A DNA stretch of 64,000 nucleotides from positions 1,952,001 to 2,016,000 of the forward strand of contig OY762463.1 of assembly GCA_963665815.1 (NCBI GenBank), written 5' to 3'. Of the stretch, positions 21,162-32,523 are shown in pieces; the stretch's first letter is position 1, and each line of letters starts with the position of its first letter. The notes under the pieces were generated by a model that was given only the letters and a program-made list of their open reading frames with translations, made no database searches and was not told the origin of the DNA. Origin of the DNA: Candidatus Cloacimonadales bacterium. GTDB lineage: Bacteria > Cloacimonadota > Cloacimonadia > Cloacimonadales > JAIOQZ01. A program made the translations under genes and the position numbers.

Positions 21162-22218
21162 ATTCAAGCGAAAAAACATCAAATTCAGGAACATTCAGAC
21201 TGAAGCAGTTAATGAACTCGATGGAGAACAAATAGAAAAATCTTCCAAGGCCCACAGGAAAATTCATAAAAAGGGTATTCATACCAGTAAAAGTAATGCT
21301 GTGCTCAAAGAAGGACTTGTCATTGAAGTTTTTTCGAACAACACTGCAAATGTTGAAATAGACGGTGAAATGAAAGCCTGCACAATAGGCGGTAGACTGA
21401 GACATATCAACTACCAGACCAAGAATGTCATTGCAATCGGTGATAGAGTCAAAGTTGATACAGTATTGGACGAAAACTCCAACCTGCTTAGAATTGAAGA
21501 AATAAAAGAAAGACAAAACTCTCTCTCACGTTTCTCTGATTCAGAATTCCAGCTTCAAACAGTTATAGCAGCAAATATTGATAATGTAATAATTACTGCA
21601 TCATGGAAAAATCCGGGAATAAACCTCGGACTCATTGACAGATACCTCTGTATTGCTGAACTATCAGATATTCACCCCATAATTTGCATCAACAAAATTG
21701 ACCTGTCTGAAAACCTGAAAGAAGTTTCAGATGCGATCAGCTTTTACATAGAAAATGATTATGATGTCATTTTGACTTCAGCACAGGATAATACAGGTAT
21801 TGATGAACTGAGAAAGCATCTGGCAGGAAAATCATCCGTGTTTTCCGGGCACTCAGGTGCAGGAAAATCAACTTTGATAAACGCATTACAACCCGGATTA
21901 AATCTCAGAACATCTGAAATCAGTGAGAACACAGGAAAAGGAGTTCACACAACAACTTCCAGCAGATTGATTCGCTGGGATTTCGGAGGTTTTCTTGTTG
22001 ACACTCCCGGTATAAAAACTCTTGGTTTGCATAAAGAAGATTTCTATGATATTCCCAAAGTATTCCCTGGAATGTGGAATTTGAAATCTAAGTGTAAATA
22101 TGCTGACTGTCGACATATTGATGAAACAGAATGTGGCGTGAAAAAAGCGGTTGAATCAGGGCTATTCCCTGAAGAACGTTACGAATCCTACCTGAGAATT
22201 ATGGAGTCTATTAAATGA
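21136..22218 (+). CDS. rsgA: Ribosome small subunit-dependent GTPase RsgA
   Basis: Circularly permuted GTPase NKID, GHSGAGKS, GVHTTT, DTPG; C-terminal CKYADCRH..E..C zinc site. Confidence 0.96.
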   Translation: MNKKKTKRKFKRKNIKFRNIQTEAVNELDGEQIEKSSKAHRKIHKKGIHTSKSNAVLKEGLVIEVFSNNTANVEIDGEMKACTIGGRLRHINYQTKNVIAIGDRVKVDTVLDENSNLLRIEEIKERQNSLSRFSDSEFQLQTVIAANIDNVIITASWKNPGINLGLIDRYLCIAELSDIHPIICINKIDLSENLKEVSDAISFYIENDYDVILTSAQDNTGIDELRKHLAGKSSVFSGHSGAGKSTLINALQPGLNLRTSEISENTGKGVHTTTSSRLIRWDFGGFLVDTPGIKTLGLHKEDFYDIPKVFPGMWNLKSKCKYADCRHIDETECGVKKAVESGLFPEERYESYLRIMESIK

Positions 22219-23075
22219 ATATTGGAGTTATAATAAATCCCAGACACCTCAACAATGTTGAAATATATTCTAAACTTAATGAAGTGAATTGTAATTGTGG
22301 ATCAGATTTTTCGGATATTAATTATTATGTGTTTGCTGACCAGCTGATTAATGATCCCGAATTATTCAAACTTGTCAAACCGGATACAAAACTTGATGTT
22401 ATTCTTGTTTTTGGTGGTGATGGAACAATGCTTCACTCTGTCCCTTACTCAATGAAATATAATACTCCTTTACTCGGAGTTAATCTCGGGCATCTGGGTT
22501 TTCTTACAGACTGTTCTCTTGAAGAACTGGATAAGTCCATTAGGCATATCTGCCAGAACAAGTACACAGTTCAGGAAAGAATGCTGATAAAAGTTTCTGT
22601 TAAGAGAGATAAGAAAACAGTATTCAAAGGTGTTGCCCTTAACGATGCGGTTATATATAAAGGAGTTGTTCCAAAACTGATAGATTTACGCCTTTTCTGC
22701 GATCGCCGTTATGTTCTTAAAACAAGGTGCGATGGAATAATAGTAGCGACTCCAACAGGTTCTACAGCATATTCTTTGTCTTCAGGCGGTCCTATTCTGT
22801 CTCCTGTAATGGATGCAATTGTTGTTTCTCCATTAAATCCTCATGTATTAACAGTAAGACCGATGGTCTTTGATGCAAAGGACAACCTGAGTTTTGAGTT
22901 AAAAGACATCACAGGAGAAGTATTGCTTCAGCTTGATGGCGTAAACCTGTTCAGGCTCATGGAACATGATGAAGTCAATGTAACAGCGGACACAAAAAAA
23001 GTATCATTTATCAAATTGAGTAATAAAACATTTTATCAGGTTCTTAGAAACAAGCTTCACATGGGTAGAAGATAA
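22215..23075 (+). CDS. nadK: NAD kinase
   Basis: GGDGT, GHLGFL, LND, DGIIVATPTGSTAYSLSSGGP. Confidence 0.96.
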   Translation: MNIGVIINPRHLNNVEIYSKLNEVNCNCGSDFSDINYYVFADQLINDPELFKLVKPDTKLDVILVFGGDGTMLHSVPYSMKYNTPLLGVNLGHLGFLTDCSLEELDKSIRHICQNKYTVQERMLIKVSVKRDKKTVFKGVALNDAVIYKGVVPKLIDLRLFCDRRYVLKTRCDGIIVATPTGSTAYSLSSGGPILSPVMDAIVVSPLNPHVLTVRPMVFDAKDNLSFELKDITGEVLLQLDGVNLFRLMEHDEVNVTADTKKVSFIKLSNKTFYQVLRNKLHMGRR

Positions 23076-23086
23076 TAGAGGACATT

Positions 23087-24772
23087 ATGCTGAAATATCT
23101 TAAAATCAAGAATTTCATTATTGCAGAAGAAATTAACCTGCAATTAAGTAAAGGGCTTCACATTGTGACGGGAGAAACCGGTGCCGGAAAATCCGTACTC
23201 ATAGGAGCGTTGAATTGTTTGATGGGTGCTCCGGTCAAGAGTGGAATGATAATGAATCCGGACATACCAACTGTTATTGAAGGTTCATTTGTAGTAAACA
23301 CTGACAACAAAAAACTTCGAGCGCTTATAGAAACTCATGACATAGATGAAGACTCAGATGAGATATTCATAACAAAAGAAATTACTTCTAAAACCACAAA
23401 AGTTTTCCTGAATGGGAGAAGAGTCACCAACTCTATTATCAAGGAATTCAGAACTGAATTACTTGATTTCAACAGCCAGAGAGATCAGCTGCTCTTGTTT
23501 GATAATAAAGAACAAAGGTATTTCCTTGATAAATTTGCAGGAATAGATAAACAACTTGAAGAATACCGAGAGCTATATTATTCGATAAAAAATAAGGTCC
23601 GAGAATTGAATGATATCAAAGCACAAGTAAAGAAAGAACAGGATCTGCTTGATCTGTATTCATTCCAGAAAGAAGAGATTGATAATGCAAACTTAGTTCC
23701 TGATGAAGACGTAGAGCTGAATAAGGAGTATAATTTCCTCAGTAATTCCGAAGAAATACTCAATATGTCAACTCAATACGAACAGGAATTGATTGAAACG
23801 GATAACTCAGTAATTGATAAAATTAATTATCAGCTATCAGAACTGGAAAAGTATCAGGATGATAACGAGAAAATAAAAAGTGCGGCTGAGTTTCTCCGAG
23901 AAGCCATAGAAAACATCAATGACAGTGTTTCTGAAATGAGAGATATTAATTCAATTATTGATCTTGATCAATCCAGATTGTCTGATGTAGAATCCAGACT
24001 GGATTTTCTGAATTTGTTACAGAGTAAGTATAGAAAATCCAATAATGAGATTATTGAATATGGGAAAAAGATCTCAAATGATATAGCAGCAATGCAATTT
24101 TCCGAAAACAAGATCTCTGAAATTGAGGAAGAACTTAAAAAACTTATGAGTACAATCAGGAAGAAAGCTGCTGTTCTGACAAAACTGAGAAAAGATGCGG
24201 CAGCAAGATTCGAAAAGCAGGTAATTATCTATCTCAATCAACTTGCATTCAAGAATGTTCGATTTACCGTTGATTTTGAGTCAGAAAAAACCAATGAGCT
24301 ATATACAGGTTTTTATTCAACTAAAGATGGTGTAGACAATGTTGAGTTCAGATTTGCATCAGGACCGGGGCTTCAGCTTCAAAAAATAAAGGATGCGGCA
24401 TCCGGAGGTGAGCTTTCCAGAATAATGCTTACGATAAAGAGAATGCTGTCTGCCAATGAACATGCAAAGACAATTGTGTTTGATGAGATAGATAGTGGTA
24501 TAGGCGGAAATACAGCTAATATACTTGCAGAGTTTTTAAGAGAAATAAGTCTTAATCACCAGATTGTATGTATTACTCATTTACCTCAGGTGGCAAGTCA
24601 GGGGGACAGGCATTTCCTGATATCCAAGGAATCAGGCAATAAAAAAACGTCTATTCATGTTAAAGAACTGGACAAAAATCTTAAAAGAGAAGAAATTGCT
24701 CGTATGTTGGCAGGTTCAGCGTCAGATTTAGCATTGCTTCATGCTGATGAGCTGATCAGTAATAAAAGTTAG
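23087..24772 (+). CDS. recN: DNA repair protein RecN
   Basis: TGETGAGKS, coiled coil, ASGGELSRIML, FDEIDSGIGG, ITHLPQVA, EEIARML. Confidence 0.96.
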   Translation: MLKYLKIKNFIIAEEINLQLSKGLHIVTGETGAGKSVLIGALNCLMGAPVKSGMIMNPDIPTVIEGSFVVNTDNKKLRALIETHDIDEDSDEIFITKEITSKTTKVFLNGRRVTNSIIKEFRTELLDFNSQRDQLLLFDNKEQRYFLDKFAGIDKQLEEYRELYYSIKNKVRELNDIKAQVKKEQDLLDLYSFQKEEIDNANLVPDEDVELNKEYNFLSNSEEILNMSTQYEQELIETDNSVIDKINYQLSELEKYQDDNEKIKSAAEFLREAIENINDSVSEMRDINSIIDLDQSRLSDVESRLDFLNLLQSKYRKSNNEIIEYGKKISNDIAAMQFSENKISEIEEELKKLMSTIRKKAAVLTKLRKDAAARFEKQVIIYLNQLAFKNVRFTVDFESEKTNELYTGFYSTKDGVDNVEFRFASGPGLQLQKIKDAASGGELSRIMLTIKRMLSANEHAKTIVFDEIDSGIGGNTANILAEFLREISLNHQIVCITHLPQVASQGDRHFLISKESGNKKTSIHVKELDKNLKREEIARMLAGSASDLALLHADELISNKS

Positions 24773-24783
24773 AGAGGAGAAAT

Positions 24784-25704
24784 ATGATCAGTCTTCGTAA
24801 GAGATACAAAACTCTTTTAGTTATCGGAATTATCTTTATATCAATATACAGTGGAATGAGAAAATCCAGTGTATTAGATTTTTTTAGTAGTAAAACAGAA
24901 GTAAGAAACGACTTTAAAGAAGCAACCAAAGAATTTAATATTAGAGAAAACTTTAAGAAAGTGCAACTGGATTACCTTGTAGAAGATATCACTAAATTTT
25001 ATAATCAAGTAGATGACATTCTCATTAAAAACGGCATTAAATTCGGTATTGATAATGCCTTTCATAAGAAAAATTTTGGTACAAGTGCATCTGTGCTTCT
25101 CGAAATACCTGATTCAGTTGCCACCAGCATTTTTTCAAGTCTGAAAAAAATATCAGGATTCAAAACTGATAACATTCAAAATATTAATCGCGAAATTGAT
25201 ATTGATATTGAAGCAGGAATCAAGAATGCCGAATTTCTTATCGAAAATTATAAGAAAAGTATTGATAGCGAAAAATCTACTCAAAGTCAGATAGAAAAAA
25301 ATGTTATAAGCTTAAAAAGAGAACAGGCTATTCTGGATAGTCTTAAGAATATTGAAAAAATCAATAGAGAACACAAAGAAAAGAATCTCGTTTTCTTCAG
25401 AGTTTTCCTGGATGAATCAAAAGGAAATTCTATCCAGACTGTTAAGAAGTTCCTTCTTCACTTCCTTACAACATTCTTAGCACTCACAGCTTTATTGTTC
25501 TTCGCATACTTTGCATTATCAATATTATTACGTCTTATGAGCTACTTTGGAATCAGAAACGCAAGATCATCCGGAAGATATTCCAGCTACTACAAAAAGA
25601 GTGGAAAATACGGATATGGTTCTTATGGTGGATACAACAGAAGACGTAAAATAAAAAGAGTATACAAAGATCCTGAAAACAGTAAATCTGATGAGGAAAA
25701 ATAA
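24784..25704 (+). CDS. Hypothetical membrane protein (two TM segments, coiled coil, Tyr/Gly-rich tail); loosely DUF4349-like
   Basis: N-terminal anchor, central coiled coil, C-terminal TM followed by SSYYKKSGKYGYGSYGGY. Confidence 0.55.
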   Translation: MISLRKRYKTLLVIGIIFISIYSGMRKSSVLDFFSSKTEVRNDFKEATKEFNIRENFKKVQLDYLVEDITKFYNQVDDILIKNGIKFGIDNAFHKKNFGTSASVLLEIPDSVATSIFSSLKKISGFKTDNIQNINREIDIDIEAGIKNAEFLIENYKKSIDSEKSTQSQIEKNVISLKREQAILDSLKNIEKINREHKEKNLVFFRVFLDESKGNSIQTVKKFLLHFLTTFLALTALLFFAYFALSILLRLMSYFGIRNARSSGRYSSYYKKSGKYGYGSYGGYNRRRKIKRVYKDPENSKSDEEK

Positions 25705-25713
25705 CATCAAGTA

Positions 25714-25938
25714 ATGCTCTGGATATACTCAGGATTAATTTTAATTTTCTTAGAAATTTTTGTTGTCGGTTACTGGTTGCTCGGTATGGGAATATCAGCA
25801 CTTTTAACCGGCTTTTTTTCTTTTTATACAGGAAATCTGTTATATCAGATTATTTTCTTTGCTGTTACATCAGTTATATTTATATTTACTTTAAAGAAAT
25901 TCGGAAAACGCTTTTTCCGTCACATATCAAAAAAGTAA
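25714..25938 (+). CDS. Short NfeD-like membrane protein (N-terminal TM part only)
   Basis: W..GLILIFLEIF..GYWLLGMGISAL..G...Q.IFF...S pattern typical of NfeD N-termini. Confidence 0.55.
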   Translation: MLWIYSGLILIFLEIFVVGYWLLGMGISALLTGFFSFYTGNLLYQIIFFAVTSVIFIFTLKKFGKRFFRHISKK

Positions 25939-25949
25939 CTTAACTTTAA

Positions 25950-27263
<1,314 letters not shown>

Positions 27264-27270
27264 CAATGTT

Positions 27271-27298
27271 TGAGAGGAGTTCGCTCCTCTCACTTTTT
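27271..27298 (+). terminator. Terminator after eno
   Basis: TGAGAGGAG-ttcg-CTCCTCTCA followed by CTTTTT. Confidence 0.8.
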
Positions 27299-27303
27299 AA
27301 ATT

Positions 27304-28761
27304 ATGAAGTGGTTTTTTAAAGCAATTCAACCTGTTGAAGTATTCCCGGATTTTACCAGACTGGCACACAGAGTAATAATTTACTTTTCTGATCTGGATG
27401 TTTCTTCATATATAATCCATGCAGATGAAGATTTCATTTATCTCAGTGAGTTTGAGCCTAAATTCCTGAATTACGAAAAAGGACTGTTTGAAAAAATCAA
27501 AATAGAAATAGTCTGGATTGATCAACTGAAACTATTCAGATACAAATGTATTGTAACGTTCAGAGATGCTACTGTCTTCAATGAAACAGCAGTATATAGA
27601 TATTCAGTTACTAAAATTGTTTCCCACTCCGAAGACTTATTTAACATCCATCCTGTTAAAACTGATATTTTCGATCTTCACTTCCAGACAGATGTTAAAA
27701 ACTACTTTATTCATACTGACTATATCAATTTGGAAAGAATAATCTTTAATGCAAATCCAATGCTTCTCGAGAAATATACTAATTCAGAAATATATAACAT
27801 CTATCTGACATTACCATTCAGTAAACATAGAATTTCCGGTATATTAAAACATATTCGGGGAAATGTATTCTGCTTTGAAGAATACCTTCTTGATGAGGAT
27901 TTATTCATTGAACTTGTCAAATATTCTGAAGAATGCTTTATAAATGATTTTCATGTGAAAGCTCCGGTAATTGATGCTTCTCAGAATAAAAAAAGAAAGT
28001 TCCAGAAGAAATCAATTATTATTGCAGACGATAAAGAAATCAATATTGATGTGATAAGTAATATTGTTAAAGATAATTACGACTTCGACATAAGAACGTG
28101 TTTCAGTGTTTCGGAAATTTTCCAACAAATACAGCAATCAGTTCCTGAACTTATAATTCTCGATTTTGATATGCCCGGTTTCACCGGAACAGAACTATAC
28201 CAGAAGATAATTGCTAATTCTGACAATTGTGAGATTCCCATTATTTTCACGATATCGCACCTTGAACAAAAGCAGGTTATCTTAAATGAAATATCTGAAA
28301 ATTCACTGATCATTAAAAAACCTGTTGGTAATAAAGAACTGTCAATGCTGATTAACAACGCATTGAGGAGAAGAAAGCTCTATTGCAGAATAATGGCAAA
28401 TCCTGTTGCGGTATGTTCTAACGATTCTTATTTCCGCAATGAAGCTGAACAGGCTGCTAATGAACTCAATAAAGACGTTATTGTGTTTGATTCAGCACAG
28501 AACCTTCTTTTGAACTCTGTAAAAAATCAGTTCTCCCTTATAATTCTGAAAAATGTCTCAGGGAATTCACTCTCAGAGCTGAATATTCTGATTTCCGGAA
28601 ATAGAATAGCAGGTGCTTCAAAGATAATTGTATTAGCAGTTGACAAGAAAGAAGTTAAGTTGCTGAATGCCTTGAATTCAGATTCTGTGAAGATTCTGGA
28701 TGCATCTGTCAGTATACGGGAGTTACTGACAAATTCAGGAAGACTACTGGAGATATTATGA
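27304..28761 (+). CDS. Protein with a central receiver (REC) domain and a degenerate C-terminal REC-like domain
   Basis: IIIADD...PELIILDFDMPGFTG.EL...IPIIFT...KKP. Confidence 0.75.
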   Translation: MKWFFKAIQPVEVFPDFTRLAHRVIIYFSDLDVSSYIIHADEDFIYLSEFEPKFLNYEKGLFEKIKIEIVWIDQLKLFRYKCIVTFRDATVFNETAVYRYSVTKIVSHSEDLFNIHPVKTDIFDLHFQTDVKNYFIHTDYINLERIIFNANPMLLEKYTNSEIYNIYLTLPFSKHRISGILKHIRGNVFCFEEYLLDEDLFIELVKYSEECFINDFHVKAPVIDASQNKKRKFQKKSIIIADDKEINIDVISNIVKDNYDFDIRTCFSVSEIFQQIQQSVPELIILDFDMPGFTGTELYQKIIANSDNCEIPIIFTISHLEQKQVILNEISENSLIIKKPVGNKELSMLINNALRRRKLYCRIMANPVAVCSNDSYFRNEAEQAANELNKDVIVFDSAQNLLLNSVKNQFSLIILKNVSGNSLSELNILISGNRIAGASKIIVLAVDKKEVKLLNALNSDSVKILDASVSIRELLTNSGRLLEIL

Positions 28762-29369
28762 GAAATATTCTGATTCTGCTCGTTTTAAGCACAATTTTGC
28801 TTACTGCCTGCGAAAGCGAAGGCAGACTTCGTATAAATAATTTTACAGATAATAAAGTATATTTTACATTCAACAACAAATCATATATACTCGCTGATTC
28901 AACTTATCGAATTGTAACTAAGAAGATTAATAAAAGCTGGAACCCATTTGCCAATAACGAAAAGACATCTATACTGACCCTCTTTGGAGAGACTTTTATT
29001 TACGAAAAAGAGGGCATTGAGTATGAAGATATTGAAGTGACACTTAAACCGGATAAAACATTGAACCTGTATTGTACTGCAAACAGGGCATGTGTTGAAA
29101 TTCAAAACCTCACTGATTCCCCAATTACAGACTTTCATTACCAACGATTTATTGACGATGAATTTGATGAGGAATCGGAAAATTTCTTTGCAGACACAGC
29201 TCTTGAACCCAACGAATACATGTTCTACAGGCTTAAGCTCTCAGATGACACTGGTGATACCAGGAAATTCTCTTACGTCTTTTCAGCTGCCGATTCCCTT
29301 GGAAATACTACTATTTCATCGAGAATCTTAATGGATGAGGATAAGAAATTCTATTTTATCGTTGAATAA
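28758..29369 (+). CDS. Hypothetical lipoprotein
   Basis: Lipobox LLTAC after a hydrophobic stretch. Confidence 0.7.
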   Translation: MRNILILLVLSTILLTACESEGRLRINNFTDNKVYFTFNNKSYILADSTYRIVTKKINKSWNPFANNEKTSILTLFGETFIYEKEGIEYEDIEVTLKPDKTLNLYCTANRACVEIQNLTDSPITDFHYQRFIDDEFDEESENFFADTALEPNEYMFYRLKLSDDTGDTRKFSYVFSAADSLGNTTISSRILMDEDKKFYFIVE

Positions 29370-29372
29370 TAC

Positions 29373-31169
29373 CTATCCGGAATTTGAATAGAAAGTATCC
29401 AGAATAAGCATGATAACTTCATAGTTTTCAAAATTACTCTGATTCGATTTTATATCTTCCATTATTGCATTAAACGAATTGCGTTTCTCCACAGGTAATG
29501 AATTCAGATAATTAATGAATTTCTCGTCCTTTATTGATCCCAGGATTTTCTCACGTTTCTGTTTTTCCATTGAATAGTAATTTCTGAATTTTTCGGAATT
29601 CTGAAATGCATCATTAATAATTTTTTCAATTCTATGTCTATAAAGATGAAACTTAATAACCTTTTTGTACCCGTTTTCCACAATTACCTGTCTTTCCTGA
29701 GGATTCGCGAGATAGTAACTTATCTTTTCTTTTAGATCCGTAATTGATGAAAATGTAACAACGTCTCTTCCCGGTTCAAACAACTCAGGTAAAAGAATTC
29801 TCTCATCCACAAGCTGAAATCCTCCGCAGGCAATTATCTCAAAAGTACGAGGATTAACAAAATCTCCGTTTTCCTCAAAATAACCGGTACTCATTGCAGA
29901 ATGCAGATTGATGTTTATCTTTGCAGAATTATAAATCTTTACACTTTCTTCAATTGTGACACGTTCACCGTTCTTCATAACAAAAGGCTCAAGCTGTCTG
30001 TTATTCTCCCAGCCTGTCCCCCACACTTTCAGATCAAATTCCGTCAATTGTGCAAATAATGCATGTCTGTTTGGATATCCTGCCCCCATAAAGGAGACAT
30101 CAGAACCGTAAAATTTCTTCTCAGCACTATCTAATTCAAGTCTTTCATGTAATTCTGAGGAGGCTGCCATTGGTAGATAATCACAAAAACCTGCCCCATG
30201 AGATTTCAACATGGAAAGAAACGGTTCTTTCTGAATTCCATAGAACAAATCAAAGCTGCCGGCATATTCTTTCCAGTAATCAAATCTTTTGTAATCTTCT
30301 ACAAACCAGAATACTGATGTACAATCGGAGAACTCTCTGATAGAGTTCAGCAAATGTTTCGTTGCAGGTGATTGAGCCGGAAATATTGCCAGATGAGGTT
30401 TAAAAGCTTTGAATTCCTCCCAGAAAAGATCAGAAAGAAGTTCCGTTAATTTCAGAGCCATATATGAAGAATGACTTTTATTCTCAACAGAAGTTATTGC
30501 ATGAAGCATTGTTTCGGCATGAGCATTATCAACAATTTTAACCTGCACACCAAGTTTTTCGCAGGCATGCTGGATATATCTCGCTGTTGTATATGATCCA
30601 CCATATACCGGATAGTCCACAATAACTCTGAGTCCATTAAAATCAACAGTATCGGACGGAATAATATGAGGACTGTCAATTACAGATGATTCACTGAAAG
30701 CCAAAATTGATTCAGGGAAGAAATTCTTATAGGATGGGAGTATCATCACATCCTGCTTTTCTGAACGATTAATTTTCCTGAAATCAGTCGTAATTTCCAC
30801 TTTGCTCAGGAGACTTGACAGAAATTCCTGCTTTTCAGCAAGCTCAACTACATCTTTAACAGGTTCATAGACAATGATCTGCTTATACTCCTCCAATAAA
30901 GGTATAATATGATAACCAAAACCGAGACCGAACACTCTCAGTGAGTCATATTTTTTTTCTGAGAGAGTTTTTGCAGCTATTTTCTCTCCTTCTTTCTCGG
31001 GATTGTATTTACTATGTACATAATTTTCATTCAGCAGAATAATTTCCTTGCCGTTTCTGGCTGATTCTGTCTTTATTGTAATCATAGACAGATTAATATT
31101 ACTATGTGGATAATCTGAGTTCATTGAACCTCCGGAATTGATTGTGGAGAACAGAGAATAGTTCGTCAA
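29373..31169 (-). CDS. CgeB/DUF3880-family glycosyltransferase with a Maf-like N-terminal domain (true start probably ATG near 31123)
   Basis: VHSKYNPEKEG and FGLGFGYHI at the N-terminus; DVSFMGAGYPNR, SAKININLH, NPRTFEIIACGGFQL. Confidence 0.8.
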   Translation of the reverse strand: MTNYSLFSTINSGGSMNSDYPHSNINLSMITIKTESARNGKEIILLNENYVHSKYNPEKEGEKIAAKTLSEKKYDSLRVFGLGFGYHIIPLLEEYKQIIVYEPVKDVVELAEKQEFLSSLLSKVEITTDFRKINRSEKQDVMILPSYKNFFPESILAFSESSVIDSPHIIPSDTVDFNGLRVIVDYPVYGGSYTTARYIQHACEKLGVQVKIVDNAHAETMLHAITSVENKSHSSYMALKLTELLSDLFWEEFKAFKPHLAIFPAQSPATKHLLNSIREFSDCTSVFWFVEDYKRFDYWKEYAGSFDLFYGIQKEPFLSMLKSHGAGFCDYLPMAASSELHERLELDSAEKKFYGSDVSFMGAGYPNRHALFAQLTEFDLKVWGTGWENNRQLEPFVMKNGERVTIEESVKIYNSAKININLHSAMSTGYFEENGDFVNPRTFEIIACGGFQLVDERILLPELFEPGRDVVTFSSITDLKEKISYYLANPQERQVIVENGYKKVIKFHLYRHRIEKIINDAFQNSEKFRNYYSMEKQKREKILGSIKDEKFINYLNSLPVEKRNSFNAIMEDIKSNQSNFENYEVIMLILDTFYSNSG

Positions 31170-31211
31170 TAAATTTTATTGGAATGAAAATCATTGTAAA
31201 TCAAAAAGTTA

Positions 31212-31937
31212 TTGACAAAACTTTGCGACCCCACAAACTTGCAAATTATAAAAATGGATTTTAGTATGGGGATTAATATTATTATTGCAATAGATGGTCC
31301 GGCTTCTTCCGGTAAAAGTACTACCGCGAAGCAGTTGGCTAAACTATTGAAGTATATTTATATAGATACAGGTGCAATGTATAGAGCCTGTGCCTTATGT
31401 TCTTTGAAAAGTGGAATCGAGATTTCTGATCATGAAAAGCTTAAAAAAATGATCGAAGAAATTTCAATCTCATTTGAGTATAATGAAAACGGAAATCAGG
31501 TCTTTCTTAATGAAGAAAATGTTTCAAAGAGAATCAGAGAAGAAGATATTTCAAGACTATCTTCGGAAATAGCCGTAATTGGTTTTGTACGGGAAAGAAT
31601 GGTAGCTCTTCAGCAGAAAATGGGACAGAATTGTTCTGTTATTATGGATGGAAGAGACATAGGAACTGTTGTTTTTCCTGATGCAGACTATAAATTCTAC
31701 ATGGATGCCAGTGTTGAAAAACGGGCTGAAAGGAGATTTATTGAATTGCAGGACAGAAATGTCGAAACAGATTATAACTCTGTTCTTGAAGAAATGAAAT
31801 GGCGTGATCATAATGACATGAATCGCGAAATATCGCCATTAAGAAAAGCTGATGACGCAATAGTTGTTAAAACCGACAATATGACCATTGATGAGCAGGT
31901 CAGTTATATTTATAGCGTAGTTAAGAATGAAAAGTAG
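31212..31937 (+). CDS. cmk: Cytidylate kinase (true start likely ATG 31254 or 31266; the ORF-track TTG coincides with a TTGACA -35-like box)
   Basis: IAIDGPASSGKST, YIDTGAMYRA, MDGRDIGTVVFP. Confidence 0.97.
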   Translation: MTKLCDPTNLQIIKMDFSMGINIIIAIDGPASSGKSTTAKQLAKLLKYIYIDTGAMYRACALCSLKSGIEISDHEKLKKMIEEISISFEYNENGNQVFLNEENVSKRIREEDISRLSSEIAVIGFVRERMVALQQKMGQNCSVIMDGRDIGTVVFPDADYKFYMDASVEKRAERRFIELQDRNVETDYNSVLEEMKWRDHNDMNREISPLRKADDAIVVKTDNMTIDEQVSYIYSVVKNEK

Positions 31938-32523
31938 TAAGTTTTACACATTAGCAAGAAATGCCACCAGATTTTTTCTGTATAAAATCTGCCGAATGGA
32001 AGTAATTGGAACAGAAAACTTGAAAGGCTGGACAAGCGGAATTCTTGCTTCAAATCATATGTCATATCTTGACCCTCCTCTTCTTGGTAGTGTTTCTACC
32101 TTCCCGATTCATTTTGTCGCTAAAAAAGAGCTTTTCCAAATTCCGGTTCTTGGTTATATTATCAGGAAGCTGAACGCTTTCCCTATACGTCGGGGAACAA
32201 TTGATAGAAAAGCACTTACTCACATGTCAGGTTTAATCGAGAATGGTGAATCAGTTTTAATTTTTCCAGAAGGAAGCAGAAAGAACTTCAGTGCTCGACC
32301 TGGAATTGGAAAAGTAGCAATAACAGCTCAAAGTCCTGTACTACCTATCAAAATCGAGAACAGCAACAGATTAATGTCTGTAATTTTCGGTAAAAGAAAA
32401 CTAAGAGTATTTATAGGTAAACCTGTGCAACCTGTTCAGGTGAAAGACACCGATAACGTAAAAGATATTTACAGAGAGTATTCGAAGAATATTCTCAGTT
32501 TGATAAATTCACTAGGAAAATAG
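31927..32523 (+). CDS. plsC: 1-acyl-sn-glycerol-3-phosphate acyltransferase
   Basis: NHMSYLD, FVAKKELF, IFPEGSR. Confidence 0.9.
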   Translation: MKSSKFYTLARNATRFFLYKICRMEVIGTENLKGWTSGILASNHMSYLDPPLLGSVSTFPIHFVAKKELFQIPVLGYIIRKLNAFPIRRGTIDRKALTHMSGLIENGESVLIFPEGSRKNFSARPGIGKVAITAQSPVLPIKIENSNRLMSVIFGKRKLRVFIGKPVQPVQVKDTDNVKDIYREYSKNILSLINSLGK

